A stretch of DNA of 64,000 bases from Scyliorhinus canicula (Eukaryota): assembly GCF_902713615.1 (NCBI RefSeq), contig NC_052176.1, positions 11,670,243-11,734,242 on the forward strand, read 5' to 3'. Positions 49,763 to 61,803 of this stretch are shown here, piece by piece. The position numbers and the translations under genes are program-made. The first letter of the stretch is position 1. Each line of letters begins with the position of its first letter. The notes below the pieces were generated by a model, which had not been told where the DNA came from, searched no databases, and was given only the letters and a program-made list of their open reading frames with translations.

Positions 49763-50796
49763 ACTCAGCTCCAGTTGAAAGTTTCTCCAGTCTCCACTTG
49801 AATAGTTAACATCCAGTTCTGAGCAGCTTGCAGCACTTTCTCTGTAACGCGCACCATGACATACTGCCAAACCTGGATTTTAAAATATTTCTTCAGTAAC
49901 TGCATGTTTACCAATAATAATTCTTATAATATGTGTCATTGCTTAGTATCATGAGACCTGGTCTCGTCCTGACGTCTGAAACTGCCTTTACCATTCTGCT
50001 TAAGTTATAAATGTTCTTATCTGTAACATATGTACTACATCAATGACATTAGATCAGTTAGTCCTGGTAAATGAAGGAAAAGTGGATGAACTACCTTTGG
50101 GACCCACTCCAGCTGACCTCCACGACCCACTATGTTCTCTTACCTTTAATGCAGCAGGTGAGCTTGCTTGGTCCTTATGATCTCACTTCAATCAGGTTCA
50201 GATGTGGAGAGGGCAGCGTGTGTATCAGGTGCAGAGTTCAGCTGGTTCCTTTGTGCTGTCTTCATCCTTTTGAGGATGAAAATCCAAACCTTTAACATGT
50301 AGATCCTTGTGATGTGTAATAGCAACAGAATGCTCGTTTTACTCAGCACTGGATTCTCCTCCTAGACGCGACGCAAGAATTCTGAAAACCTCATGGGGTT
50401 GTGGCGTATTTTTTATGTGCTGTCACAGGTGAGGTGCAGAAGCTCAGTTTGTACATTTGGTGTCAGCTATCAGTTTGTAATTGAGTCCGGGGTCAAAGGG
50501 AGTTTTCACCAACCAATTCTCTCTCAAAATCTGAAACTTCTCTTCTGGAAAAAAGCGATAAAAACTTGATCAGCGCAGCCAGTCTATCGACAGTTCCCTT
50601 ACTAATCGTTTTCTTCCATATGTCATTGCAGCGTGGGGAACGTGTAGTAGGTTTGGCTTTCTACTCGCAGTTGCCTAACATTCAATTACTTTTGGAAAGC
50701 ATCAATTTCTTCACAGCGCCAAAAGCAATCCTCCTCCTTTCCTTGCAATTTGAGGTTCAGTGCGTTTAGAATTGAAAAGATGTCTGCAAGGTAAGA

Positions 50797-51130
50797 CATA
50801 GAACATAGAACAGTACAGCACAGAACAGGCGCTTCGTCCCTCGATGTAGTGCCGAGCAATGATCACCCTACTCAAACACACGTATCCACCCTATACACGT
50901 AACCCAACAATCCCCCCATTAACCTTACACTACGGGCAATTTAGCATGGCCAATCCACCTAACCCGCACATCTTTGGACTGTGGGAGGAAACCGGAGCAC
51001 CCGGAGGAAACCCACGCACACACGGGGAGGACGTGCAAACTCCACACAGACAGTGACCCAGCCGGGAATCGAACCTGGGATCCTGGAGCTGTGAAGCATT
51101 TATGCTAACCAGCATGCTACCGTGCTGCCC
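50797..51130 (-). mobile_element. HE1-type SINE
   Basis: Reverse complement matches 44213-44554; catagaa tail repeats. Confidence 0.9.
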
Positions 51131-51177
51131 ACCACATAGAGAGCATCCACGTCTCATCTCCAAATAAATCAGCCGGA

Positions 51178-51423
51178 GGGATCCTGATTTGCATTGGCAC
51201 AATTTATAAAGACATACCTTCAAATATCCCCTTTATTCTGCTGTGTTCCTGATTTCAGCTCCTTCTGAATGGGTTGTTGAGCAGAGGCCGTGGAGCTGAC
51301 ACCAGCTCTGCTTTGTGTTGCTGTCACTCCCCTGGGCGACTCTCCCACAGATTTAGTTGTGAGATCCGGGCCTGTTTGTGTCTCTGACCCTCTCTTCTTT
51401 ATTACAAAACCATCCATTTCCAA
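51178..51423 (-). mobile_element. Probable hAT (Charlie/Buster-like) transposase N-terminal relic
   Basis: MDGFVIKKR...LKSGTQQNKGDI*RYVFINCANANQD resembles the region preceding the BED finger of ZBED5/Buster-type proteins (recalled, not searched). Confidence 0.45.
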
Positions 51424-51514
51424 TTCTTCCCAGCTGCCAGCTACAAAATGGAGGATCTGCTCTCCAGCGCCGCTTCAACCTGGTGTTGCTTCAAAGAAGC
51501 TGCCCCTGGACAGC

Positions 51515-51602
51515 CCGGTGACGTCAGGAAGAGGCGGTCCGGACGCTGTGTGCCGCGCCTGCGCACTGCCTGATCGGGCTGAGTGGGCACGCATGCGCGG
51601 GA
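51515..51602. promoter_or_regulatory. CpG-rich motif cluster: CRE, ETS-like and NRF1-like sites
   Basis: TGACGTCA, caggaag, gcgcctgcgca, cgcatgcgc. Confidence 0.5.
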
Positions 51603-51959
51603 CAGCCCCCGGAGAGTGACATTCTGTCTCCGGCTGATAGCGTTTTAAACAGCAGCCAGATTAAACTCGATTCCAATCCAAATTGTAAGAATCCGTGGGA
51701 ACAGTTTCGGATCTAAATCCGAAACATTTCCACGGGTACTCACAGACATGCTGATTTTCTGCAGCATTTTCTCTTTAATTCACTTTTGCAGCATCCGCAT
51801 TATTTGCTTTAATTTGTTTTGGGTTCGTCAGTTGCAAAGAAATCCCCAAATCCGAAACTGACAAATAAAGGGAAACTGTAGACTCGTCAAAGAGAGAGAA
51901 GCCAACAATCCTATACTCAAAACTAAATGATTTAGTCACATTTTTTTCGGTCCTTGTTC

Positions 51960-52140
51960 AATTTTATCTGTTATATCTTTTTGCGCTTTTTTAAGCTTTG
52001 AAATAAATATTCGGTTGGAATCTGAACACTTGGCGCCCAAACTTTCCGCCCTCAGCACCGTGGGTTCTCCTGATTGGTGCTTCAAACAGATATCTGATTG
52101 GTCACTTTCAGAGCCACTCACTTTATCTGAAAAAGGGTGA
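51960..52140 (+). pseudogene. Ghost H2A locus: upstream promoter fused to half of the stem-loop, CDS deleted
   Basis: gattggtcacttt|cagagccactcactttatctgaa joins the equivalents of 28993 and 29553. Confidence 0.9.
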
Positions 52141-52504
52141 AGTGTTCTCAATCCTTTTAGTGCCGTGTTTGTGAGAATTTCCCTGAGGCTTCAGGCTGGA
52201 ATGAGCTTCCCGTGTTGTTGGTATTTAACGGAGGGCGGCTGTTATTAGCGTGCAGGCTTTCTGAAACTGACCCGTTTATGTGCAATGGGTCTGCGGGGTT
52301 TCAGAATTCATTCTGTTACTATTGGAGACTCTTTTCTTACTCGGAGCCTCATGTTAAAATCAATTCTGCTTCAGAGATAAGGAGACCAGAAACTCCTGCA
52401 ATTAAGAGTAAATTGAAACTTTGAGAGACTAACGGGATCGCAGCTTTTATTTGTCAATTTAGCGACCCTTATCCAGCACTGGGACGGGAAGAATCTACTA
52501 ATCG

Positions 52505-52548
52505 AAAGCCTCTTTCAGAGTCACCCACTCCCTCCGTAAAAGGGTGAC
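52505..52548 (+). other. Orphan degenerate histone stem-loop with downstream element
   Basis: aaagcctctttcagagtcaccca...aaaagggtga with no histone CDS upstream. Confidence 0.6.
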
Positions 52549-52688
52549 CGGTTGTCCATTCACTTACTTCTGGTACGTGAGAATGTCACTAAAGCTTCCG
52601 AATGCAATGAGACACTGCCAATGTTTATATTCGAAATGATCGCAACTGAGGGGTTGGGTGTTGTAGCTCTTTTCCTGACAGACGTGGT

Positions 52689-52704
52689 GGCTCTTAAAAG
52701 AGCC
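52689..52704 (-). terminator. Histone 3' stem-loop of H3 copy 2
   Basis: Minus strand GGCTCTTTTAAGAGCC. Confidence 0.95.
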
Positions 52705-52733
52705 TTTGTTGTTATTATTGGTGAGGCCGGGTT

Positions 52734-53201
<468 letters not shown>

Positions 53202-53850
53202 CTATTTAAGGCATTATAGTGACCGCCCTCTTCTCCTCATTGGATGCAGCCCGATCCCGTGGACAAGTTTGAAAAGAGCGATGGGCGGCAAGGATATCAG
53301 GGCCCTGATTGGTGGACCTGTAACTGACACAACATCAATTTCAAAAAGCCCGCCAATTTCACAGGGACAGGGAACGGATATTTGAGAAAACTAAAAAAAA
53401 ATCAATCTCGAGTTGTGAATATCAAAAACATCTCAATGATTCCTGTTCCCATTTTTGTCTCAGATTCGACTCAATGCCTGAGCACCCGGATTAAATTCAC
53501 CTTCACTCCCTGATTTTTCTACAACAGACTGGGATAAAACTCCCATTGAGGGGTGGAATTCTGTCTCATTTTATTCTGATCAGCGATATCAGTTCTTTCA
53601 TTGCAAAAAGCGATAGATATTAAAGGTAAAATTGACTGATTGTTCGGGGGGAGATGGACGGAGGATGCGGTGATTACAGATCAGTTATGTAAACCGCGTT
53701 TCTGATCAAATTCTGACGTTGAACATTCATGTCCGAAAGTAGATTAATAAAATCCGGCAGGTGCAATTTCACTGGGACAAGTAACGGATATCTGAGAAAA
53801 ACAATCCCAAATTGGAGACATCTAAAACTTCTCAATGATTCCTGGTCCCT

Positions 53851-53953
53851 TTTGCCCAGTCCTTTGCCTCCTTTCCCTCTGCCAGACATGATGCTTCTTC
53901 AGTCAAATCGCTGCTGAATGAGAGACGAGCTGCTGCACTTTCCTTTATTATAC
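53851..53953 (-). pseudogene. H4: H4 remnant: TATA, 5'UTR and first 13 codons only
   Basis: [13 protein letters not shown] (ATG 53889) then unrelated sequence; upstream promoter also missing. Confidence 0.92.
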
Positions 53954-54260
53954 CCGCCTCAGTCAACTCCTTACTAGAACGAGCCCAACTATCTGCTCTC
54001 ATTCCAACCCCAGCTCCGATTCCATCCCCACACAACTCCTCTCCCAGACTGGTTGGGAATTCCACTAACATCCCTTCCCGGTTAGGAAGAGGCAGCAACT
54101 TCCCTGTGTTTTAGTGCAGAGTGGGGGGAGAAGCCCGGTGCAGAGCATGTCAGCGAGTGAGCGGCAATACTGGATTGACATTTCTATCTGAAATCTGCTC
54201 CCAGCACCGGGACAGGGATTCATTGGTCGGGGGATCAGCTCTTTCCGGAGAGATGTGGGT

Positions 54261-54274
54261 GGCTGAGAAGAGCC
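54261..54274 (-). terminator. Defective H1 stem-loop (2-nt deletion)
   Basis: Minus strand GGCTCTTCTCAGCC versus GGCTCTTCTCAGAGCC in copy 1. Confidence 0.85.
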
Positions 54275-54310
54275 TTTGGGTTCAGAGGTTTACAATTTGC
54301 TCGCGTTCTT

Positions 54311-55015
54311 TCACTTCTTTGCTGGTTTCTTAGCCTTTGCTGATTTCGCTTTGGGATTGGCCCTCGATTTGGTCTGCTTTATTCCGCCCTTGATCTTTTC
54401 CACAGAACTTTTCTTCGGGGCTGCTTTCTTCGCGCTCTTTTTGGGAGCTGCCGCCTTCTTGGCTGCTGCTTTCCTGGGAGATTTCTTGGCTGCAGGTTTC
54501 TTGGCTGCGGGTTTCTTGGGTGCTGCTTTCTTGGGAGATTTCTTGGCTGCGGGTTTCTTGGGAGATTTCTTGGCTGCTGCTTTCTTGGCTGCGGGTTTCT
54601 TGGGTGCTGCTTTCTTGGGAGATTTCTTGGCTGCTGCTTTCTTCACTAAAGGTTTCTTGCCTGCTCCGGTCTTTATCACTTTCCCCCCGGCTGTCTTCTT
54701 AACGATCTTGAAGGAGCCGGAGGCGCCCGTGCCCTTGACCTGAGCCAAGCTGCCGTTGTCCACACTCCTCTTGACACTTTGCTTGATCTGGGACCCCCTT
54801 TTATCCACATCGACCCCTTTGCACCGCAGCTGCTTCTTTATGGCCTGTAAGGAAACCCCCTTGCGATCGCCGCTATCCGCCACAATCCTGCAAATCAGCT
54901 CGCCCAGCCCGGGACCTTCTGGTTTCTTCCGCAGAACGGCCTTCTTCTGCTTCTTGACAGCCTTGACTGGGGCGGCGGCTGGAGGAGCCGTTTCGGTGGC
55001 TGCACTATCGCTCAT
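54311..55015 (-). CDS. H1: Linker histone H1 copy 2 (Cys-containing), 234 aa
   Basis: MSDSAATETAPP...ELICRIV...QLRCKG...KGTGASGSFK; intact frame. Confidence 0.93.
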   Translation of the reverse strand: MSDSAATETAPPAAAPVKAVKKQKKAVLRKKPEGPGLGELICRIVADSGDRKGVSLQAIKKQLRCKGVDVDKRGSQIKQSVKRSVDNGSLAQVKGTGASGSFKIVKKTAGGKVIKTGAGKKPLVKKAAAKKSPKKAAPKKPAAKKAAAKKSPKKPAAKKSPKKAAPKKPAAKKPAAKKSPRKAAAKKAAAPKKSAKKAAPKKSSVEKIKGGIKQTKSRANPKAKSAKAKKPAKK

Positions 55016-56227
55016 GTCCGGGACTCGGCACAAATTCTCTCCGTCAATGTGAAGTGGGTGAGAAATGAAGCCTCTGGTGGCGGCACTGAGCAACTTAAAG
55101 GCAGCGAGCGGACGGGGCGGAGACAACCTGCTCTCAGCTCCAGGCTGCTGCTGCTGCCTCTGTGTTTTTCTCTGGTCCCAAACTCTCCAATTCCACTCAA
55201 ATTCCAGCTCCACAGTGTCCCAGGATAAATCCTTCCTGTCTCTCACACTCTAATGTTTGCTGCAGAAAAGGTTTCACGCGATTTGAATGCTCTATTTCGG
55301 ATTTAAACCCGTTTTACTGATGCACTGTTCGCGCTCTCTCACCCGATCGCTCTCATTTTCCCAACCTTTCCGCAGAAATCTGGAAAGCAGCATCTAAACT
55401 GCCCTGAAATCCAACTTGGGAAAGTAGGAGGGGATCAGGGGGATTGACTGAATGAACAATATTTCCATTTTGTCCCAGAGGGATTGGGAGATCTGCTGAT
55501 CAGAGCGGACACACAAACACAGCTGGTTTCTCCTGTTTGGCCCGCCCCTTTCACTCTCTCTTCCACAATATTCACATCCACACACAAGGTTTGGAAATTA
55601 CATTTCCCAGGGCAGAATTCTCCCTCTTCTCAACATTTGTTTCCAAATCGGTGCCTTAATTGTAGATTTTCATCTCACTTACTGATCAACTGAGTTTTCT
55701 GCTCCCTTTCTTCTGTTTCCCTAAATACCCGGCAGCAGCAAGTCATATTTTTAAATCTAAACTCATTGATGACACGTTTTACTTGAATGTGGAAATACAA
55801 TTGATCTCCTCTCCAACAGTGAAGATTTTCCTGATTGATGTCATCCTCCTGCACTGCCGGTAACACTGAACCCCAAATTCAACAAGCAGGGACAGACAGT
55901 TAAAGAATAGTCCCACCCCCTCTGAGAGTGGAGATTTTCACAGTGACACACAGATTCTGACCATTTTGATCCGAACAGCAAATTTTAAAAATAAAGATGG
56001 ACTCAAAGAGGGAACGTGTAAACCAGGAGAACGTGTAAACTAGTGGGGAGTGTAAACCAGGGACAATAATAAATGAGGGGAGTGTGTTAACCAGAGAAAT
56101 GTGTAAAATCAGTGGTAGATGCATAATCAAATATAATTTAATTACAGATTAGTGTGTAAAACCTGTAAAATGAGCGGAATGTATTAAACCTGGGATTGTA
56201 TGGAACTAAAGTAGCCTGTCACAGTGG

Positions 56228-56730
56228 GAAGTGAGTAAACCGGGAGAGGGAGTGAACCGGGGGAGGGAGTAAACCGGGGGGGGGAGAGTGAACCGGGGGG
56301 GGGAGTGAAATGGGGAAGGGAGTGAACCGGGGGAGGGAGTGAACCGGGGGAGGGAGTGAACCGGGAGAGGGAGAGACCCGGGAGAGGGAGTGAACCGGGG
56401 GAGGGAGTGAACCGGGAGAGGGAGTGAACCCGGAGAGTGTGAGAACCGGGAGGGAGAGTGAGAGAACCGGGAGAGGGAGTGAACCGGGAGAGGGAGTGAA
56501 CCGGGAGAGGGAGTGAACCGGGAGAGGAAGTGAACCGGGGGAGGGAGAGAACCGGGAGAGGGAGAGAACCGGGAGAGGGAGAGAACCGGGAGAGGGAGAG
56601 AACTGGGAGGGAGAGTGAGAGAACCGGGGGAGGGAGTGAACTGGGGGAGGGAGTGAACTGGGGAGAGAGTGAACCGGTGGAGTGAGGGAACCGGGGGAGG
56701 GAGTGAACTGGGGGAGGGAGAGACCGGGAG
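56228..56730. repeat. ~17-18-bp purine-rich minisatellite
   Basis: gggagtgaaccgggaga / gggagagaaccgggaga. Confidence 0.92.
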
Positions 56731-57058
56731 GTGGAACAGTGGTTAGCACTGCTGCCTCACTGTGCCAGAGACCTGGGTTTAATTCCAGAGTTGGGTGACT
56801 GCCTGTGTGGGGGTTTGGACCTTCTCCCCGTGTGTGTGGGTGGGTTCCCCCCCGGTGCTCAGATTTCCTCCCACAGGCCAAAGATGTGCAGGATAGGTGG
56901 ATTGGCAAGGCTGAATTATGGCTTCGTATCCAAGGATGTGTTGGTTCAGTGGGGTCTCGGGTTTATGGAGATAGGGCGGGGAGTGCGCCAAGGTGGGATG
57001 CTCTTTCCGAGGGACGGTGATGGGCAGAATTGCTTCCTTCTGCCCTGCAGTGATTCTC
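56729..57058 (+). mobile_element. HE1-type SINE (degenerate)
   Basis: cagtggttagcactgctgcctcac head; aagatgtgcagg core. Confidence 0.8.
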
Positions 57059-57076
57059 GGCTTCTATGGAAAATTA

Positions 57077-57338
57077 AGTCAGTCAGTGGAATGTTAGTTT
57101 GCAGAAAGTGTGAGTTTGAGGGGCTGAATGGCAGTGTAATAACAAACAAGCTGCAGGCAATCGCTGCAAATTGAATATCTCATTGGGACAAACACACAGC
57201 TACAAAGGTGATTGGTTGAGCCCTGGGGCGCAGGGCCACTTGCACCCACACACACACAGTCCCCCCAACACGGGCTCTATCGGAGGTTTTGCTCCAAATG
57301 TGATGACAGTGAAATGCGGAATATTCCCATTGATTCTC
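57077..57338 (+). repeat. Element E copy 5
   Basis: Matches 11323-11584. Confidence 0.9.
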
Positions 57339-58920
57339 TGCTGAATTGCTGCGCGGATCTGCGCATGCCCGGGTAGCCCCGCCCCCTGCCTGTCGTCATC
57401 CTGCGATTGAGAGCGCATGCGCAGCCCCTCCCCCACACTCCATTTGCTCAGTGAGTGGAGACGCTTTGTTCAAACTGAGTGAAATGTCAGGGCCCAGGTC
57501 AGCGAGGAAACAGCGTTCTCATTGCAGCAGCCCATCCATTTGGGAGTGTGAGCAAAGAGGCTCAGAGATCATTACTGACTCGGGGGGAGTTCAGGGAGAA
57601 TCGGGGGCTGTTTGCAAGAGGCGCAGCGGGAGCCCCATCTTGTTCCGGGACTTGGAGTGAGCGGGGGGAAGGGAGAGCTCTTTCTGGGCCTGGCTTATTG
57701 TCTGATTCTGGGGCAGGATTTGGACAGTATTTTCTATTTTTACTAATTATCAGTTGAAAGAATTGTTTAGTTTATCATTGGCCTCATCTGACCCTAATTT
57801 AAAAGAAATATTTTTTCTTCCCCACGTTCAACAGATGAAGAGATGAGTTCCAAGATGATGATTCTTCAGCAACATGAATGTGCAGCCGTCTCCTTCTAAC
57901 TGACAGTAAGTACAATATTAATCCAACATTGCAGAGACACAGACACAACAGCAGCTCCACCGTCACAGAGAACAGAAGCAGTCACACTTACATTGACCTC
58001 AACTCCCAGATAAACATGTCCAATCCAACAGTGATACACGAGAGGGCAGGTGGGATAATTGTCCACAATTCACTCCTAGTCCATGAACTTTTTGAATACA
58101 GTGCAGAAAGAGGCCATTTGGCCCATCGAGTCTGCACCAACCCACTTAAGCCCTCACTTTCACCCTACCCCCATAACCCAATAACCCCACCTAACATTGT
58201 TTGCTCACTGAGGGCAATTTATCATGGCCAATCCACCTGACCTTCATTTCTTTGGACTGTGGGAGGAAACCCACGCAGACACAGGGAGAACGGGCAGACT
58301 CCACACAGACAGTGTCCCAGCGGGTAATCCAACCTGGGACCCTGGTGCTGTGAAGTCACAGTGCTATCCACTTGTGCTACCTTGCTGCCCTATCATGGAA
58401 CGTCGAATCAACTTGTTTTGATAACAGCTTTTCATCTGTAAATTAATCAGGAAAGTATTAATTAGGCTATCGATTGAGCAATCAACGTGGAAGTATCCAT
58501 TTGCACTGTTTTGAAACTTTGTTGGACTAAAATGTTTCAAAAGCACTTTAATCTCACAAGTTGTGAACCTTAGGCACATGTAAAAAGTCAGATAGTACAG
58601 CTGATTGAAAAATACATAATTAATAATTAACAGGCTGATGGGCCTGTTCTGTGCTGTACTGTTCTATGTTCTATGCTCTAATCCTAAATTTGTACTGAGA
58701 CAAGTCCAAAATAAAATATTGGGGGAATGTCCAATTCACATAACAAGCATGTCTTTCGGGACTTCTGGGAGGAAACAGGAGCATGTTGAGGAAACCCATG
58801 GAGACACGGGGAAAATGTGCAGACTCTGCAGAGGCAGCGACCAAGTAGGAAACAAATCTTGGACCGTGGCTCTGTGAACCTCTCCCCTGATATACACAAT
58901 GCCCTGTTACAAACTGTTTT

Positions 58921-60717
58921 TTCACACTCCCCTGGTTTGCATGCTGACTTGGTTCACACTGCCCTGGTTTGCATGCTGACTTGGTTTCACACTGCCCTGG
59001 TTTGCATGCTGACTTGGTTCACACTGCCCTGGTTTGCATGCTGACTTGGTTTCACACTCCCCTGGTTTGCATGCTGACTTGGTTTCACACTCGCCTGGTT
59101 TGCATGCTGACTTGGTTTCACACTGCCCTGGTTTGCATGCTGACTTGGTTTCACACTGCCCTGGTTTGCATGCTGACTTGGTTTCACACTGCCCTGGTTT
59201 GCATGCTGACTTGGTTTCACACTGCCCTGGTTTGCATGCTGACTTGGTTTCACACTGCCCTGGTTTGCATGCTGACTTGGTTTCACACTGCCCTGGTTTG
59301 CATGCTGACTTGGTTCACACTCCCCTGGTTTGCATGCTGACTTGGTTTCACACTGCCCTGGTTTGCATGCTGACTTGGTTTCACACTGCCCTGGTTTGCA
59401 TGCTGACTTGGTTTCACACTGCCCTGGTTTGCATGCTGACTTGGTTACACACTGCCCTGGTTTGCATGCTGACTTGGTTTCACACACGCCTGGTTTGCAT
59501 GCTGACTTGGTTTCACACTCCCCTGGTTTGCATGCTGACTTGGTTTCATACTCCCCTGGTTTGCATGCTGACTTGGTTTCACACTCCCCTGGTTTGCATG
59601 CTGACTTGGTTTCACACTGCCCTGGTTTGCATGCTGACTTGGTTTCACACTCCCCTGGTTTGCATGCTGACTTGGTTTCACACTGCCCTGGTTTGCATGC
59701 TGACTTGGTTTCACACTCCCCTGGTTTGCATGCTGACTTGGTTTCACACTGCCCTGGTTTGCATGCTGACTTGGTTTCACACTCCTCTGGTTTGCATGCT
59801 GACTTGGTTTCACACTGCCCTGGTTTGCATGCTGACTTGGTTTCACACTGCCCTGGTTTGCATGCTGACTTGGTTTCACACTGCCCTGGTTTGCATGCTG
59901 GCTTGGTTTCACACTGCCCTGGTTTGCATGCTGACTTGGTTTCACACTGCCCTGGTTTGCATGCTGACTTGGTTTCACACTGCCCTGGTTTGCATGCTGA
60001 CTTGGTTTCACACTGCCCTGGTTTGCATGCTGACTTGGTTTCACACTGCCCTGGTTTGCATGCTGACTTGGTTTCACACTCCCCTGGTTTGCATGCTGAC
60101 TTGGTTACACACTCCCCTGGTTTGCATGCTGACTTGGTTACACACTCCCCTGGTTTGCATGCTGACTTGGTTACACACTCCCCTGGTTTGCATGCTGACT
60201 TGGTTTCACACTGCCCTGGATTGCATGCTGACTTGGTTACACACTCCCCTGGTTTGCATGCTGACTTGGTTACACACTCCCCTGGTTTGCATGCTGACTT
60301 GGTTACACATTGCCCTGGTTTGCATGCTGACTTGGTTTCACACTGCCCTGGTTTGCATGCTGACTTGGTTACACACTGCCCTGGTTTGCATGCTGACTTG
60401 GTTTCACACTGCCCTGGTTTGCATGCTGACTTGGTTACACACTCCCTGGTTTGCATGCTGACTTGGTTTCACACTGCCCTGGTTTGCATGCTGACTTGGT
60501 TTCACACTCGCCTGGTTTGCATGCTGACTTGGTTACACACTGCCCTGGTTTGCATGCTGACTTGGTTTCACACTGCCCTGGTTTGCATGCTGACTTGGTT
60601 TCACACTGCCCTGGTTTGCATGCTGACTTGGTTTCACACTCCCCTGGTTTGCATGCTGACTTGGTTTCACACTCCTCTGGTTTGCATGCTGACTTGGTTA
60701 CACACTCGCCTGGTTTG
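58921..60717. repeat. 33-bp minisatellite, ~54 units
   Basis: Same unit and same flanks as 13130-14168. Confidence 0.98.
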
Positions 60718-60949
60718 AGCTCTCAACTGATGTACACACTCCCCAATTTGCACACACTCTTGTTGTGCATCTTTACCAGGTTCCATACACTCCCCTGGTT
60801 GAGATACCTCCCCTAATTTACACATTCCCCTAATTTGCTCTTTCCCCTGCTTCACACACTCCCCTGCATTACACAGACTCGCCTGCATTATACGCACTCC
60901 CCTGCTTTCTACACTCCCGTTTTCCACACTCCTCTGCTTCATACACTCC

Positions 60950-61445
60950 CCTAAGTGATGCACCCCCTGCGTGAAGCACTCCCCTGCGTGATGCACCCCT
61001 CCCTGCATGATGCACTCCCCTGCGTGATGCAGTCCCCTGCGTGATGCACTCCCCTGCGTGATGCACCCCCCCTGCGTGATGCACCCCCCTGCGTGATGCA
61101 CCCCCCTGCGTGATGCACCCCCCTGCGTAATGCACCCCCCCTGCGTGATGCACCCCCCCTGCGTGATGCACCCCCCCTGCGTGATGCACCCCCCCTGCGT
61201 GATGCACCCCCCCTGCGTGATGCACCCCCCCTGCGTGATGCACCCCCCCTGCGTGATGCACCCCCCCTGCGTGATGCACCCCCCTGCGTGATGCACCCCC
61301 CCTGCGTGATGCACCCCCCCTGCGTGATGCACCCCCCCTGCGTGATGCACCCCCCCTGCGTGATGCACCCCCCCTGCGTGATGCACCCCCCCTGCGTGAT
61401 GCACCCCCCCTGCGTGATGCACCCCCCCTGCGTGATGCACCGCCC
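60950..61445. repeat. 18-19-bp minisatellite, ~26 units
   Basis: ccccccctgcgtgatgca. Confidence 0.95.
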
Positions 61446-61803
61446 TGTGTGATACACCGCCCTGCTTTATGCAGTCCCTTGGTTTACACATCCCCCTGCT
61501 GTATACACTCCCATGCTTCATCCATCCTGCTGCTTAATACACCCCCTGCTTTATACACTCCTCTGCTTGATACACTCCCCTGGTTTACACATCACCCTGC
61601 TCTATGCACTGCTATGCTTTATACATCCCCCTGCTTCATAGGTCCCCCTGCTTTATGTACTCCCCTGGACTTTGTTTTCGGCCTGCATGGAGCTTATACT
61701 CTCCATGATCTCTCTCAGTTCTAGCAGTGCTCCCAGGCTCCGTTTCCTGTCCTCCCCCAGAACTGGCAAGTCCAGTCCATCGAGGAATATCTTCATCCAC
61801 GAG

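Noticed and set aside
49760-50796. Unique sequence with donor-like motifs (AAG|GTAAGA at ~50790)
   Set aside because: No recognisable ORF, promoter or second copy; cannot be supported without transcript data
58987-60718. 460-490 aa Cys- or His-rich ORFs such as (CETKSACKPGQ)n and (HADLVSHCPGL)n, also at 12631-14375
   Set aside because: A 33-bp unit is a multiple of three and is stop-free in several frames on both strands; 1-nt indels switch frames freely, so there is no sign of coding constraint
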